From: Chrysomallon squamiferum
Taxonomy: Eukaryota; Animalia; Mollusca
Length of the DNA stretch: 64,000 bases
Assembly (NCBI GenBank): GCA_012295275.1
Contig: CM022665.1
Location: forward strand, 37,820,001-37,884,000
Direction of reading: 5' to 3'
Shown: positions 51,281 to 64,000 of the stretch, piece after piece
Numbering within the stretch: position 1 is the first letter of the stretch
Layout of the letters: every line of letters starts with the position of its first letter
Notes under the pieces: model-generated
Database searches by the model: none
Told to the model about the DNA's origin: nothing
Seen by the model: the letters and a program-made list of their open reading frames with translations, nothing else
Translations under genes and position numbers: made by a program

Positions 51281-53625
51281 TATACTAAAGTTATAAGATG
51301 CTTAAAAAGTTTTTAATATATATATATATATATATTAAAAACTTTTTAAGCATCTTATCACTTTAGTATTATTTTAATTTTGTTGCACTCTCATTCTTTT
51401 TTCTTTTTCTTTTTTGATAAATGCACATATACATTTTAGTTAAACATGTATTCTTTTCTTATGCAGTATAATCCATTTTAATATTTGTACTATTTAACAA
51501 ATTGTTATGCACTTATAAGTATCAGTTTATGAATCATTTTAAGAAGTAAACAAAAATATATATATATACATATATATATATAATCACTTACCACATACAT
51601 ATCGTAAGCAAAATCACCTATAAAACAGAAACCAAATTTTATTTTGTCATTTAAATAGATTGTATGGTAGAAATTGTGTGTGTGTGTGTGTGTGTGTGTC
51701 CTTGTGTGTATGCATGATGTATGCACTTCAAAATAGAAAGTGTAATGAATTAATTCTAAACATTGGATACTACTTAGTTTATTACTTAAATAATTTAGAA
51801 ATGATCACATAACCTTTTTCAAATCCTTCTCCATCACACAGGATAATGACAGCAAATATATTAGAATCTATTTATGGAATGATTTATTTCACATACTATA
51901 ACAGTTTACTACTGATCACTATGCATTTACTGAATCAATGAACGATTCACTTGCTACTTAAATACAGTTTTTATCAATACTGTAGCTATCTTATAGTCAA
52001 ACTTACCAACATGAATGATGGCATCATACATGTCAATTTCCTTCTTCAGTCTTGGAAGTGACTGAGCATTGGCATTTCCTAGGTCCCCATACAAAGCTAT
52101 AGATGGGCTCCAATCTTTGTCAGCTGGTTTTGCCTTAAACCAGAACATTTCACTCCACCCAGAGATGCTTCCACAAACATAGTCTGGAATAAAAGAGAAA
52201 AATTAAATAAATGATGATAATAATGAAAAGAATGAAGTGAAAAAAATAAAAAATAAAACTTAAAATTAAAAAAAAAAGATAATAACAATAATAATAATGC
52301 AGTGATATAAAATAAAATGTACATTATTAATGTTTGTATCTGTTCATGTATTTTACTACTAGATGCAAGAAATTATTTCTGAGGAAAGAAATTTACTGTC
52401 ATTTATATTTTTTCAATACCTATGCAAAGTGTTTGTTAAAAAGAAATACATTTCAAATAAATTTATATCCTTAAAAATAACAGTTTGGCAAAAGTATTAC
52501 TTTTAAATATAATTATGCTGCTTTTGCAATATGTTCATTTACATGAATCAAAAATAAAAATAAAAAACTAAAAATGCATGAAGATAATATTAAATTTTGT
52601 TTAATGTTGATACTGTGATTTATTATCTATTTCATCAGAAAAAAAACAACTAAAAAACTAATATGAAACTTTGCAATGAAAACAGTTTAATTTAGTTTTA
52701 AGCTTATTCACTGAAATAATTAAAAAAATAATAATAATAATAAAAAAATACCATTTGATCACTCATTGCTTAAAAACAGGTTTTGATGAAGTAATATAAT
52801 TCTAAATTTTATTTAAATCTACAATTTAATAATAGTTGCAAACTCTAAGATGAAAAAAGAAAATTTAATTCACTTACAATACTTTTGTCTGGGTTTAAGA
52901 TTTTTCAGTGTCACTCGATGAATGTACTGTGTGTGATGAAGTTTTCCCCCATCAACAAACTTTGTGCTGTATCCCGTAGCTGTCAAGTCAAGAGATTTTG
53001 GATCAAGTCCATACTTAACAACAGAATCAGCAGACACATTTTGTGTACTCCAAGTTACTACAATATCGATGTCATTACCTAAAAAAAAAATTAAATTTTT
53101 TTTTTTTTAAATTTAATTTAAAAAAAAACAAAACAAATAAATAATAATAAAAAAATATATTCAAAATATAAATAAATAATTCTGTGTACTTCAATTCACC
53201 ACAGTATCAGTGTCACTACATAATAAAATTAATATTTATTAAAAAAAAAAAAATGTTTTCGAAGTCACTATAAATTATGTCACTATTTGTATTAAAACAA
53301 TCATGACAGTGTTGACACTAGCCACTGATGTAATTAAATTATAATATTGTAATTAATAATACTTTTGTAAGAATGTACGTAGCAAAGGGAAAATGAATTA
53401 GTGCGTAAATTTTAAATAATTATATTATTTATATTTCCGCATTACCAAAAAATCATAAATATATTTATAAATAAAGTCTCTACATTTCCTCTCTTTAAAG
53501 AAACATAAATCAGCATAATACGTACGTCCATACGACAAGTGCACTTGTTCAGGTTTCGATAAATAAATACCGTGAACCTGTAGTATTGAGAAAACAAGAA
53601 ATACGATGATCACATTACGCTCCAT
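46755..53625 (-). CDS. ACP7: Acid phosphatase type 7 (purple acid phosphatase, secreted)
   Basis: Exons 53625-53526, 53078-52878, 52183-52007, 51617-51592, 51096-50999, 49591-49523, 49306-49192, 48792-48550, 48101-48030, 47640-47503, 46811-46755. Signal peptide, PEQVHLSY, YIHRVTL, and metal motifs GDLG, GDFAYD, GNHE, VFGHRPMY, WAHEHSYER, plus PVHIITGSAGC. Confidence 0.95.
49849..50706. mobile_element. Old putative hAT-type MITE in ACP7 intron
   Basis: Imperfect inverted termini CAGAGTTCGTACATCTTGG / CCAAGACACATACAAACACTG with TTTCCA-rich subterminal motifs. TSD not preserved. Confidence 0.4.
51193..51387. repeat. AT-rich palindrome with (TA)n centre and duplicated arm
   Basis: TGCAAC..AATACTAAAGTGATAAGATGTTTAAAAAGTTTTTA pairs with TAAAAACTTTTTAAGCATCTTATCACTTTAGTATT..GTTGCA. 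Confidence 0.9.
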
Positions 53626-54221
53626 CCTGTATACAAAGCTGATCACGTACGCCAGCACTTTTATTTACTTCCATGTTATTTAAAACCGGAATTTATCGAA
53701 GAGTATCGGAATGTTTAAACCAATCAGGATCCTTGAATATTGTTCGGAAAGCAACGACATTAGCCGACCTCTCTCGATTGTTCAAAAGTAAAATGACCAG
53801 CTGTCCGAGTATAAATAAAAATAAAGAATTCGATTTTATTCACTGTGATATTCGACCTGTTTATTTATTTTCAGGTTTTCACATAAACAGGGTAAATATA
53901 ATGAATAGCAAAAACATCAGTGATCAATGTTAGATTATTATTTTTTGGAAATCATATGTGAATGAAAATTGATAGTACTTTTAGAAATACAAATCACTAT
54001 TAACTGGAATTAATTATCACTTCTTTAAAAGTACATTTAAAAGACAACAACAATAACCTCCCCCCAACATTTAAAACAAATAATAATAATAAATAAAATC
54101 CACAAAACTATGTATTAAACGTATAGAAAAAAATAACAATAAAACCGTTGTCTTTATTTTATTTATTTATTTATTTTTAAATATCATGTTTTTCTTTTTC
54201 TTTATATCTTGATTTTTTAAA

Positions 54222-54279
<58 letters not shown>

Positions 54280-54378
54280 TGGTCTTGGTCCAAATGATGA
54301 TGATAATATTAATAATAACAGTAATAACTAAAAAGAATCGCGATCATTCCATTTTACGCGGTAGCTTAATTACATTAA

Positions 54379-54532
54379 AATACTATTAAGAACTGATCGT
54401 ATTTAAAAAAGTGTGTGCCGATGTTGATAAACTAATTACTATACAACTTTTTTTTAATACTATTAAGAACTGATCGTATTTAAAAATAGTGTGTGCCGAT
54501 GTTGGTAAACTAATTACTATACAACTTTTTTT
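54379..54532. repeat. Two-copy 77-bp tandem duplication
   Basis: TACTATTAAGAACTGATCGTATTTAAAA... occurs at 54381 and 54458. Confidence 0.9.
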
Positions 54533-57214
54533 GTTGTTGTTCTGGAGTTTACACCCTAAATCCGAAGCAGACAATGACAATGACTTTATTTTCATAAACT
54601 TGGATTATAGTACAGAGAAGAATGCATTACAGGTATATAATAACAAAATTAAATGCACATCCGGATTATACAGGGTTTTGTTCATAATAGATTAACGATA
54701 GTTGGACGGAAATTTGAAATGATGCCAGTTTACACAGAAATCCGGATTAACTAAAGAGCGGTTTTCAAACAGTCCACTGTATACGTGTTTTCAGTCATGT
54801 CTTATATTTTTTTCATTCTTTAAATCTTTTAATCCCATTTTCAACAAATTATTCAACATGTTTTGTTTTTTTTTTTTTAACCTGCTGTATTTTTCTAGCA
54901 GTAACACCTATATGAGTCGACAATTTAATATTTATCAAACGATATGGTGGAATGCAGTCAAATCCATTGTTAACTGTCAAGAGATACTGCGTCACGTTCT
55001 GGCTCTTCGAGAAATATTGCGACGCAGTACAATAACAATAATAAAAACAATAACAATATAATACCATTGTAATGTCAAATCAATAAAGTATATATTTGAA
55101 TTTCATCTGTTGAAAACCGAATCATATATTCATATACATGTATATTATCTATAAAACGGTTAATCACGGTGCGTAGTAAACTTTATGAACTGTTTACATC
55201 CGTCAGCAGTCACACTCATGTGATACACAATCCATATTGTTTTGTTTGTATAAATACATACAGTGTTGACATATGTTCATCAGTTATTGCTAGCTGCTAT
55301 GTTACTCAACATTTTCGATTTATTCAACAGATGGATGTCTTCAGACCAATATTTGGATAATAAAATCGCAATTATTTTTATCAAATAAATTTCATGATGT
55401 CATTCTTTTTACAATAAATTTAAAAATAGCCTGTGCTGGAAAGGATAGTTTCATTCATTCTTAATTTATTAAATTATGGTTTTATTTATAATATTTTTTT
55501 TTAATAATTTGTTGTTGTTTTTTTTGGGGTATTCGTTTGGGAAGTAGTCTGTTTTTAATAAGCTAAAAAAGTGTCGACCACATTTATTTGGGAAAATTAT
55601 GTAGCTATTACTGAAACATTTGGGGAATATATTATTCCAAAATTTTTTTTTTTTTTTTTTTTAAATAATATATATATTTAATTATCACTGGGTGTAATGC
55701 GTACTCGAGAACATTGTCTGTTGTTGATAGGACACGTGACATTTGCAGTGGAGTGCGCTTCAAAATGAGCGAGGTAGGTGATTATTTTCTCCAATTGTGG
55801 CCCTAAATCAATAAATCTTGAACAAATATTATCACCTACTTCAAGTTCAGTCTATTAGTGTCTTACAGCATTTTTCAAAAATCTAATCAGTTTAAAGAAC
55901 GGCACACGAGAATCATAGTTTTCTGCAAACTGCAGTGTTAGATTATTTAGTTTAATTATTAATGCATTTAATATTAAATACAAATTTGTATGTACATATT
56001 AACGAGAATAATTAGTATATATGCTTGTAAAATGTTGTGCTTGTCAATTTCGTAATTTTTATGATAGGATCCAAAAACATCGGTTCCATCTCAGTCAATG
56101 CGGTGTTGGGGGGGGGGTTGATTTAAAGGGTGTACGAAGTGTTTTTGACTTCGTGTATTTTCATTTATTTATTTTTATTTTTTATTATTTTTTTAAAAAA
56201 TGGTTTATTTTATTTTATTTTTTATTTTATTATTTTATTTTATTTATTTATTTTTATTTTTATTTTTATTTTTTTTTGGTATACGGAGTGTTGCTGACCA
56301 ATCTATTGTTCTTTGAGAACATACGACAAAAGTAACTGATTTAATCGACTGGTTTAATGCAGTTTACACAAAGGACCTCTATGACCATTTCATAATATTT
56401 ACAAAATGTTAAATAATGGTCGTATTTTTTCTTTTTTCTTTTCTTTTCAGGCTTCATAATGCACAATGTATCAGTGTTATTATTGCATAGAGAAACAAGA
56501 TACCTTCCACGATATTTTGAAGCCACTAACCAGAAGCATTATATTAAACAGTTATCAATAAGGAAACAACATCTGTGTGAAATATCCGGCAAGGTGACAT
56601 ATCAAATCATTCACTTCCCCAAAATCAAAGAAAAGACACTACAGTCACCTTTAGATACTATCCCTGTAATTCCACATCAGTTATTTCGGAGAACAAGGCA
56701 ACAATCATCAAACACAAATCAATAAAACACATGCACGTACTCAGACTGATCAACTATGTGTATTTGTTGACATTAAACTCCTTTCTAAGGAGATAGAACC
56801 TTTAAAACAAATACATGCACAAATACCCACTTGGGAACACTTGGAATGAGATCTTAACGATATCGTTTTAATGAATCGAAGATTCCGTCACATATTAGAG
56901 AAGGAATAGATCTGTTGTAGATGAAATACTAATAATCACCATCATGAAATTGTGTATAAACTTTTATTGTGTTTTAAGACTAACACTGTCATATATTTCA
57001 GACAAGTTAGAAATAGCTCTAAACGAGTTTTAAAAAAAGCTCTACAAGTGGTTTCTTTTAAGTAACAGGGGAAGAAGACTAAGTTTTTGCAAGATGACAA
57101 CACCATTTCTATATGCCAAAACAATAATATAATAGTAATAATAAACAAATAAATGAAACACTATGATCTGAAAGACATATTTATTTCTCAAAGATATAAC
57201 GTTACACCCGTTTA

Positions 57215-57753
57215 TTTTGACATGGGTGGACATATATTTTGATGTTTTGAAATTACAGACTGCCATTTGAATTTCCGATCTGATGGACATGTTGTTTTTT
57301 AAACAACATACAGTTTTGCAAAAGGGATCCTGGCATGGAAATGTATTGTTTCCAGTGCACTGTTTAACACGTCTTTCCGAATTACAATATTTATTGAAAG
57401 ATTTTTTGCATACTTTGCACACGTAGAGCTGCAGTGTTATATGAGTTGTCAGTTGCACCTGGATAAAGTCACGCCGGCGATATTCTTTGTTACAGATATT
57501 GCAGGTTAACTGGTATTTTTGGAATCAGTTTTATAATGTAGTTTCAGACGTCACCTGAATTTACACTTGCCACAACATTCTTTACACTTGAAGTTGTGGA
57601 CACTAACTATATGACTTCTCATTTGTTCCGCTGTTTCTAACGTTTCTTTAAGAGGCGGAGGCTTTAAAGGGATCAATGTAGAAAATACCGGAGGCTCTGA
57701 TTCTTCCAGGAAACTCCCCAGAAGTCCATCTGTCTTTCATATATCCATGTCAT
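57215..57753 (-). pseudogene. Decayed C2H2 zinc-finger ORF
   Basis: Manual translation gives FKCKECCGKCKFR*RLKLHYK, then a frameshift, then LTCNICNKEYRRRDFIQVQLTTH, YVCKVCKKSFNKYCNSERRVKQC and FPCQDPFCK. It shows an in-frame stop, a frameshift and lost His ligands. Confidence 0.6.
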
Positions 57754-58441
57754 CTGTAATATAAAATAAAACTTTGTTACTGTGTGAATGAAGCCTATTT
57801 AGAATCGGACAAGTCTGTATAAAAGTTAAATAAAATTAATTATAAAATTTTGATTGGCAGAATAGCATTTACTGGGCTGAAGATAGTGCTTGCATATAAT
57901 TATATAATATAACGTTATTTTACAAAAGAAAACTTACTTTAAACTGATAGAGCACGAACAAAATAAAACGTTGATAAACACTCCGTACATAGAAAATGAT
58001 GATGATCAGCAAAACTCGGCACACAGCAAAATTTTCACTTTTCAGCAGTAACAAACTTGCAAGTGTCGGCTTAACGTTAATATGCTTGCATGTAAACATA
58101 CCAAACTGTGTAGTCGTTTGTAAAGGTATTTCAGCTAACTCTCTATGTACTATTTAAGAAAATAATTTTTGAATTAATTTATTGGTAACGACTTTTTCGT
58201 AAAAGTAACCGTCATCAATTTCACTTAATTATCAACAGGCCGTACACAGTTCTTGCTGTATATTATAAATTGCTAGTTTGTAAGCATGAAGTAGATATGA
58301 GTATTATTTGAGAAATCAATTAATTTCAAACTTAAAATAACAAAAAACGTCACCTGCCGGAAGACTGAAAACAAACTCCTTCGCTGTAAATGTCACGTGA
58401 TTGATCACCAACAGTCGATGTCCTCGAGTACGTATTACACC

Positions 58442-59283
58442 CAGTGGTTCTCAAAGGGTGTGCCCCACGAAATTCTAGGATCAAGGTAGATATTTGTGAT
58501 GATAAAAAATTGATTATGTTAAGAGCGGAAAGATATCCAGTAAGAAATAGCCGGTTATACACGTTGTAAACTCGTTCGAAACGAATTTTGGCTGATGAGC
58601 AAGCGCGGCTACTCAAGGCTGCGCAGTAGTTCACCAGTGACAGTATGAATGATTGGGTGTGCAAATGTGATAAATAGCCAAAGTTTTCTTGTGGCACATA
58701 TTCCTATGACTGTCACAGTCACTACCCATCTAAAACTTTAATACTTTATGGAATTTTAGCGTTACATTATAGTTTTACATTTGTTAAAAGCAAACGATTG
58801 ATAAAATATTCCCTCACTGCACAATATATCAGTGAACATCTCTCACACAAGGGCGATAAATAAATTTATCAGTGAACATCTCTCACAAAAGGGCGGTAAC
58901 TCTAAATATATCAGTGAACATATCTCACATAAGGGCGGTAACTTTAAATATAACTGAACATCTCTCACACAAGGGCGATAACTCTAAATATACCGGTGAA
59001 CATCTCTCACACAAGGGCGGTAACTCTAAATATATCGGTGAACATCTCTCAGAGAAGAAAAACAAACGATGCTGATTCCAGACGAGAACCGATTATACGC
59101 GAAATGATGAAGAATCTGACATAGATGTAGACAATGAGTATAGACAACCTCGGCAGCCTGTTCCGCAACCGATTCAGCTGCAATATTTCAGTTATTTCTG
59201 GGTGTTTTTTTTACATTTTGCATCACATTTCTTAGCATTTTGTGTGTAGTGTGCCCCGACTTCAAAAAGTTTGAGGACCACTG
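58442..59283 (+). mobile_element. hAT (Charlie-like) non-autonomous element, family B, second full copy
   Basis: TIRs CAGTGGTTCTCAAA / TTTGAGGACCACTG. Colinear with 15841-17078, with a shorter 42-bp array (~58822-59051, about 5 units). Confidence 0.9.
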
Positions 59284-60112
59284 TATTAAGCACAAGGCGT
59301 TATTGACTTTTTGTGTCCACGCTTTTTCTTATTTTTTTTTTGCTTTTATTTTTAAAATGCTAGTAAACATCACATTGTTCTGCCTGCCCATACTAAATTC
59401 TGGGTGACAGAAAAACAAAAATAGTGTGGAGAATTATAAAATCCATATCATTTATTATGTCAGTTTTAAAAATAGTTATGATTTGAATGCGTTATGTTAC
59501 AGAAATTTGGGGAACGGCCTCATAAATTATATATCATTCAGTAAAACATATAAAAATGTTTCATTACATTTTTAATATTAAATGTCATTTAGGTGTCTAA
59601 CATTATTGCTGTTGTAAAAATTACGACAGAAGAAATCGCTGCCTCTTTTCCAAGGGCCATACATGACAGTAAGTAGTACAGCACCATTCACAAGAGCGTA
59701 AAATTGCCACCATTTCATAAATATTAAAAATAAACGTGTGACTTTTCTCATGTATGTTTTTATGATTCCGTGATCTGTTGAGGATATAGGAATGGATGTT
59801 TCTATTTATGTATGTACGCATATATTAAGGAAGAATCCGACCACTCACTGGGCTTGTGTACTACTGCAGAATTAACAGTCATTAAATAAACAAATAAGAA
59901 TGTCTGTAAAATAATTACTTCCTGCCCACATATTATTAACTAACATTTTTATTAATATGCATATCAGATATATATAAACTCAAAAAAAACAAATTCAACA
60001 ATACAATAAAATACAAATCAAATAATATTATTTGATTTTTTTTTCTTCTCTGTATTAAAAGTATTACAACTGGAAACAAGGAACAGCAATATCAAAGATT
60101 AACATAATCTTT

Positions 60113-62638
60113 TTATTCCGACATCGTTTCTTTCGAAGGCACCTTTAATTTTAAAGTCAATTTTGACTTCTTCACTGCACTGTCTGACCCACTACTCTCA
60201 CCACTGGGAGAATATATATGTAATGGAGTCAAATTCATTCTACTGCCCCTGTTCTCCTCAGGGTCAGACTTATCGAATTCAAATGGATCAAAATCTTTGG
60301 GACTTCTTCCAGAATGCTTATGCTTATGTTTTGCCTTTAAGTCCTTATGCTTATCTATAGATTTATCCCATATTTTCTCTTTACTTCCTGAGGTCTTGTC
60401 CTGTGCCATCTGAAGCTTTATACGAGGCTGCAGTTTGATTTTCAACTTGATTCCTTCAGCTGGATCAGCTATGGTGCTGGTTATGTCAGCCACTGCAGGT
60501 GTTTCAGTTTCCAATTCTGCTTCTTTCTCAGGAACTTTTTCTTTGCTATCTGCAGGTAGATGTAATACCCTAGCATGCCTAGGTTTGAATTCACTGTCAC
60601 TGTCACTGTCTTCACGGTAAAAACCTTCTTGACGAGACAGCCTCCGACGTCTCATAATTGTCTCTTCACCCAGTTTTCTCTGCTCTTCGTAACGTCGTTT
60701 TTGTTGTTCCTGCTCAAGCCTCTGTCTCTCTTCCTCCTCCTTGCGAATTCTTTCTGCTTCCAGTCTTTCAAGTTCTGCTAGACGCTTCTGTCTTTCTTGC
60801 TCCTCTGAAAAAAAAAAATCAAAATGTTAAATATTATGAAAATTAACAGTTCTTACATAATAAAACATGGTATGTTTTTATAAAATAAATATTATCTTTT
60901 AATATATATATATATTAATGTCTAATTGTAATTAAGAATAAAATACAGTAAACCATCAATGCTTTTTAATAATCATAGTATTCTCATATGAATTACTGGA
61001 GAATGGATTGTTTAACGTATTAAATTTTCCAACAGGAATTTATAATTCTGAAAGATGATATCAAATAAATATAAATATTCATGATTACAAAAGTTAATGG
61101 CTAATTCACCTAGAAATACTCTTTGTTGCTCTTTGATCAGTCTCTGCTGTTCTTCTTCTAGCAGTCTTGCTTGTTCTTCGTCTTCCCAGTTCTGTGCTCT
61201 GCCCTCTTCATCCAAGATATTCTCCTCTTTATCATCCTCCTCTTCTTCTGGATCATATTCATAATCTCCTTCAACATCATCATCATCATCTTGTTCTATA
61301 TCATCCTCTTCACTCAGTTCTTGATCAGACTGCAGTGCTTTAAGTTTCCTTTGTTCCTCTCTTGCTCGTTTTTCTGCTGCCTTTTTTTCCTGTTTAGCTA
61401 GTCTCTTTTGCTCTAGTGCTGCCTTTCTCCTCTCTTCTTCAGCTTTTCTCTTTTCTTCAGCCATCTTTCTGCGCTGCTCCTGCTTTCGAAGATGCTCCTC
61501 CTTCTTTCTACGATGTTCTTCAATTTTCCTTTGCATTATTTCTTCTTGCTGCCGTCTCAGCTTTTCTTCCATTTCTCTTCTTTTTCTTTCTTCCTCTTTT
61601 CGTTTCATTTCTTCTTCTTGTCTCCTGATTTGTTCTAGCCTCTCCTGTTCCTGTCTCAGTTTTTCCTGTCTTTCTCTTTCTCTTCTTTCTTTTTCTTCCC
61701 TTTCCCTTCTTTCCTCATCCAATTTCTGTTGGATCCTGACCTGCTCCATAAAATCTTCAAGCAGCTGCTCTCCAGACTTTGAACCATCAGGATCAGAGAT
61801 GCCAAAGGTTTCTTTTTTTTTCAAAGGTTTGAACACTCGAGACACATCCATAATTGGTAATTTCAATGACAAACTGTCTCCAAAATGTTCATAAAGTTCC
61901 TGGTAGAAATTGCGTTGGCATTTTCCAATAAGTTCTAACTGATCTTCTAGGATAGCAGCACTGTTTATTTGATCACTTTCTAACAAAACATCAACAAATT
62001 CCTCACTTGGCACAAACTGTGACTTGAAGTTTTCAATTCTTCCTTTGACTAACAGTTCTGCTGCCAGCTATTTAAAAAATAAAAAACTGAAGTAGTATAT
62101 CATAGAAGACTTTGATTAGAGAAAAAGAAAAAGAAAAAAGATCAGAATTCTGAAGTTTTGCTAAATGAAAACAAATAAAGAAAACTGAAAACACAAATCT
62201 GAAACAAAAATATGAAATTTATCATTCAAAATGAGAAACTCCCCCCAGAAATGACCTACAAATACCCAAGTTCATCATTTAAGGTATTTTATGCTATTTT
62301 TTTCAAAAAGTCACTGCCACATTAAAATTTGTTTAACTGATACACCTAATTTTTATTTGTCATTTTCCACTTGACAATCATTTTGAAATAAATAAAACAT
62401 TAACAAGGACAAGGTATTAGCTTTCAAAATATATTTTTGGATTTCAAATGAAGTTAAAACTAATGAGAATAATTTTTAAAAAAAATGTGTTTGTGTGTAA
62501 TAAACTTACAAGCAAGGCTCCATGTACTTTGTAGGCATCTGCTTTTGCCACAGAATTTGGTAATGAATTGTCTTCCATGACAGAATTCAAACGTGGAATA
62601 ATGACTGATAGATGTGGGACTATTACATCTTCTACAAC
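60113..62638 (-). CDS. TAF6L: TAF6-like SAGA subunit, 3' part (upstream exons beyond the window) with long charged C-terminal extension
   Basis: Exons 62638-62510 (VVEDVIVPHLSVIIPRLNSVMEDNSLPNSVAKADAYKVHGALL), 62067-61110 (LAAELL...FYQELYEHFGDSL) and 60804-60113. These match recalled TAF6L (VERVLYPHLS..LQAVLDDYSVSNAQVKADGHKVYGAIL; YRELYAFFGDSL). Confidence 0.85.
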
Positions 62639-64000
62639 CTAAAAAGTAAAAAGTTATCCCAATTTATATCTTCAGTGAAAGATGTTATATATTTATAAAA
62701 AAATAAATAAAAATAAAAATAAAAATATCAGAAGATTATAAGGAGCTAAATAAATTAAGAAAACATTATAATGAAACACATATAGCAATGTAGAAATCTT
62801 AAAAGACACATTTAGCTTCACATCTCAGCAAATGTATTACCTTATATTTCAGAAAGAAGGAGAAATATATATTAGACAGAACCTCATAACTGCCTCTTTG
62901 CCAGACTTGTTTTATATCGTATTTTTGTTTTCTGTGTAGTGAATTATATAATATTCACAAAACCCTTATTTTTATTTGCCCATTTAAAGCAGAATGTCTG
63001 TTACATTTTATTTTATTATATTACGGTAATACTTAATTAGCTATCTTGTATAATCATGTTTATAATTTATATTTTTACATTTCTTAAATGTTTACCTAAT
63101 TAATGTCAGAAAATGGGGTAAAAAACACAAAAACAAAATAACAGAGCATATGCAGACATACATATATAATTAGGGGAAGTTCCATTATTTAATAAACTAA
63201 GAAACACTGGGGTTTAACAAAACCAAAATGACATTAAAGTTGCAAAGTAAATTCAGAAAGGCTGTCTGCAGAGGTGTTTACTGAACACCCATGTGATGGT
63301 TATATAAGTAGTCAGCACGCGTTTTGAACGAGATCTCTTTGATCAGTGCCCTTCTTGTGACACGTTGTCCGAGGACTGTCTGCACAAGACAAAGGACCAC
63401 TCAGGCAGTGGCTATTATGTTTTAATGTTTTTTGTATGTAACATACATGTTGAGTGATTGAAGATAGCTAAATCTATTACTGTTGGATTCTTATTGTGTT
63501 ATTCTGTGGTATATACTTGCGCTTAAAACTAGGATAACGTATGCTAATAATTAAAAGATTAGTTAGAAAGTTAAAGTAACCAACTTGGCTTAATTAGTTT
63601 AGTATTATCTATCAAAGCTATTTGCTTTTATAGTGTATTGTCGAATTGTACGATTTAACTATATGTTACCTTTGAGGGTTAATGTATGTAAAAAAAAAAA
63701 ATATATATATATTTTTTTATATATATATATAAAACAATTATCCATATTGAATTCTTGTTTGTGTTATTATTCTTTAGTGGATACAGAAAAGTCATTTAGT
63801 AGTTTAAGCTGTCTCAGATTATTAACACCTTGTCACTTGAAGCTATTAAAGTCTGGTACCTTTTAGACATGACAAGCCAAATTTCAGGTATTAGACTAGT
63901 CATCACGACAATCGGGACAATGAAAACAGTAAACAAAATAAATAAAAAATCCCCACCTTTCAGTCTTTCAATAATTTTAATGTTAATAATTATTTGAATT

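Noticed and set aside
60163-61628. Plus-strand ORFs antisense to TAF6L
   Set aside because: These are shadow frames of a purine-rich coding strand.
62999-63443. Possible solo LTR (TGTTACA...TGTAACA with internal TATA)
   Set aside because: No matching TSD and no second copy in the window; insufficient support.

Overview
AT-rich, intron-dense animal genomic DNA, not prokaryotic. A mollusc/gastropod is inferred from the repeat content (Deu/Nin-type SINE, hAT MITEs). Exon-by-exon reading gives, left to right: the 3' end of TECPR2 (+); an ~11 kb repeat-rich interval bounded by hAT-type inverted termini and an identical 8-bp target-site duplication; VIPAS39/SPE-39 (+); SLX4IP (-), carrying an exonic 441-bp tandem repeat and an unexpected C-terminal domain resembling that of PWWP3A/MUM1; MKKS/BBS6 (+), head-to-head with SLX4IP; purple acid phosphatase ACP7 (-); a decayed C2H2 zinc-finger ORF; and the 3' part of TAF6L (-). 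The most notable signal is upstream of MKKS: two 62-aa single-TM microprotein ORFs that resemble the human uMKKS1/uMKKS2 uORF products in sequence and order. This suggests the uMKKS1-uMKKS2-MKKS polycistronic unit and its SLX4IP linkage are conserved in an invertebrate, with each cistron here behind its own splice acceptor. All homology calls rest on manual translation and recalled reference sequences; no database search was run.
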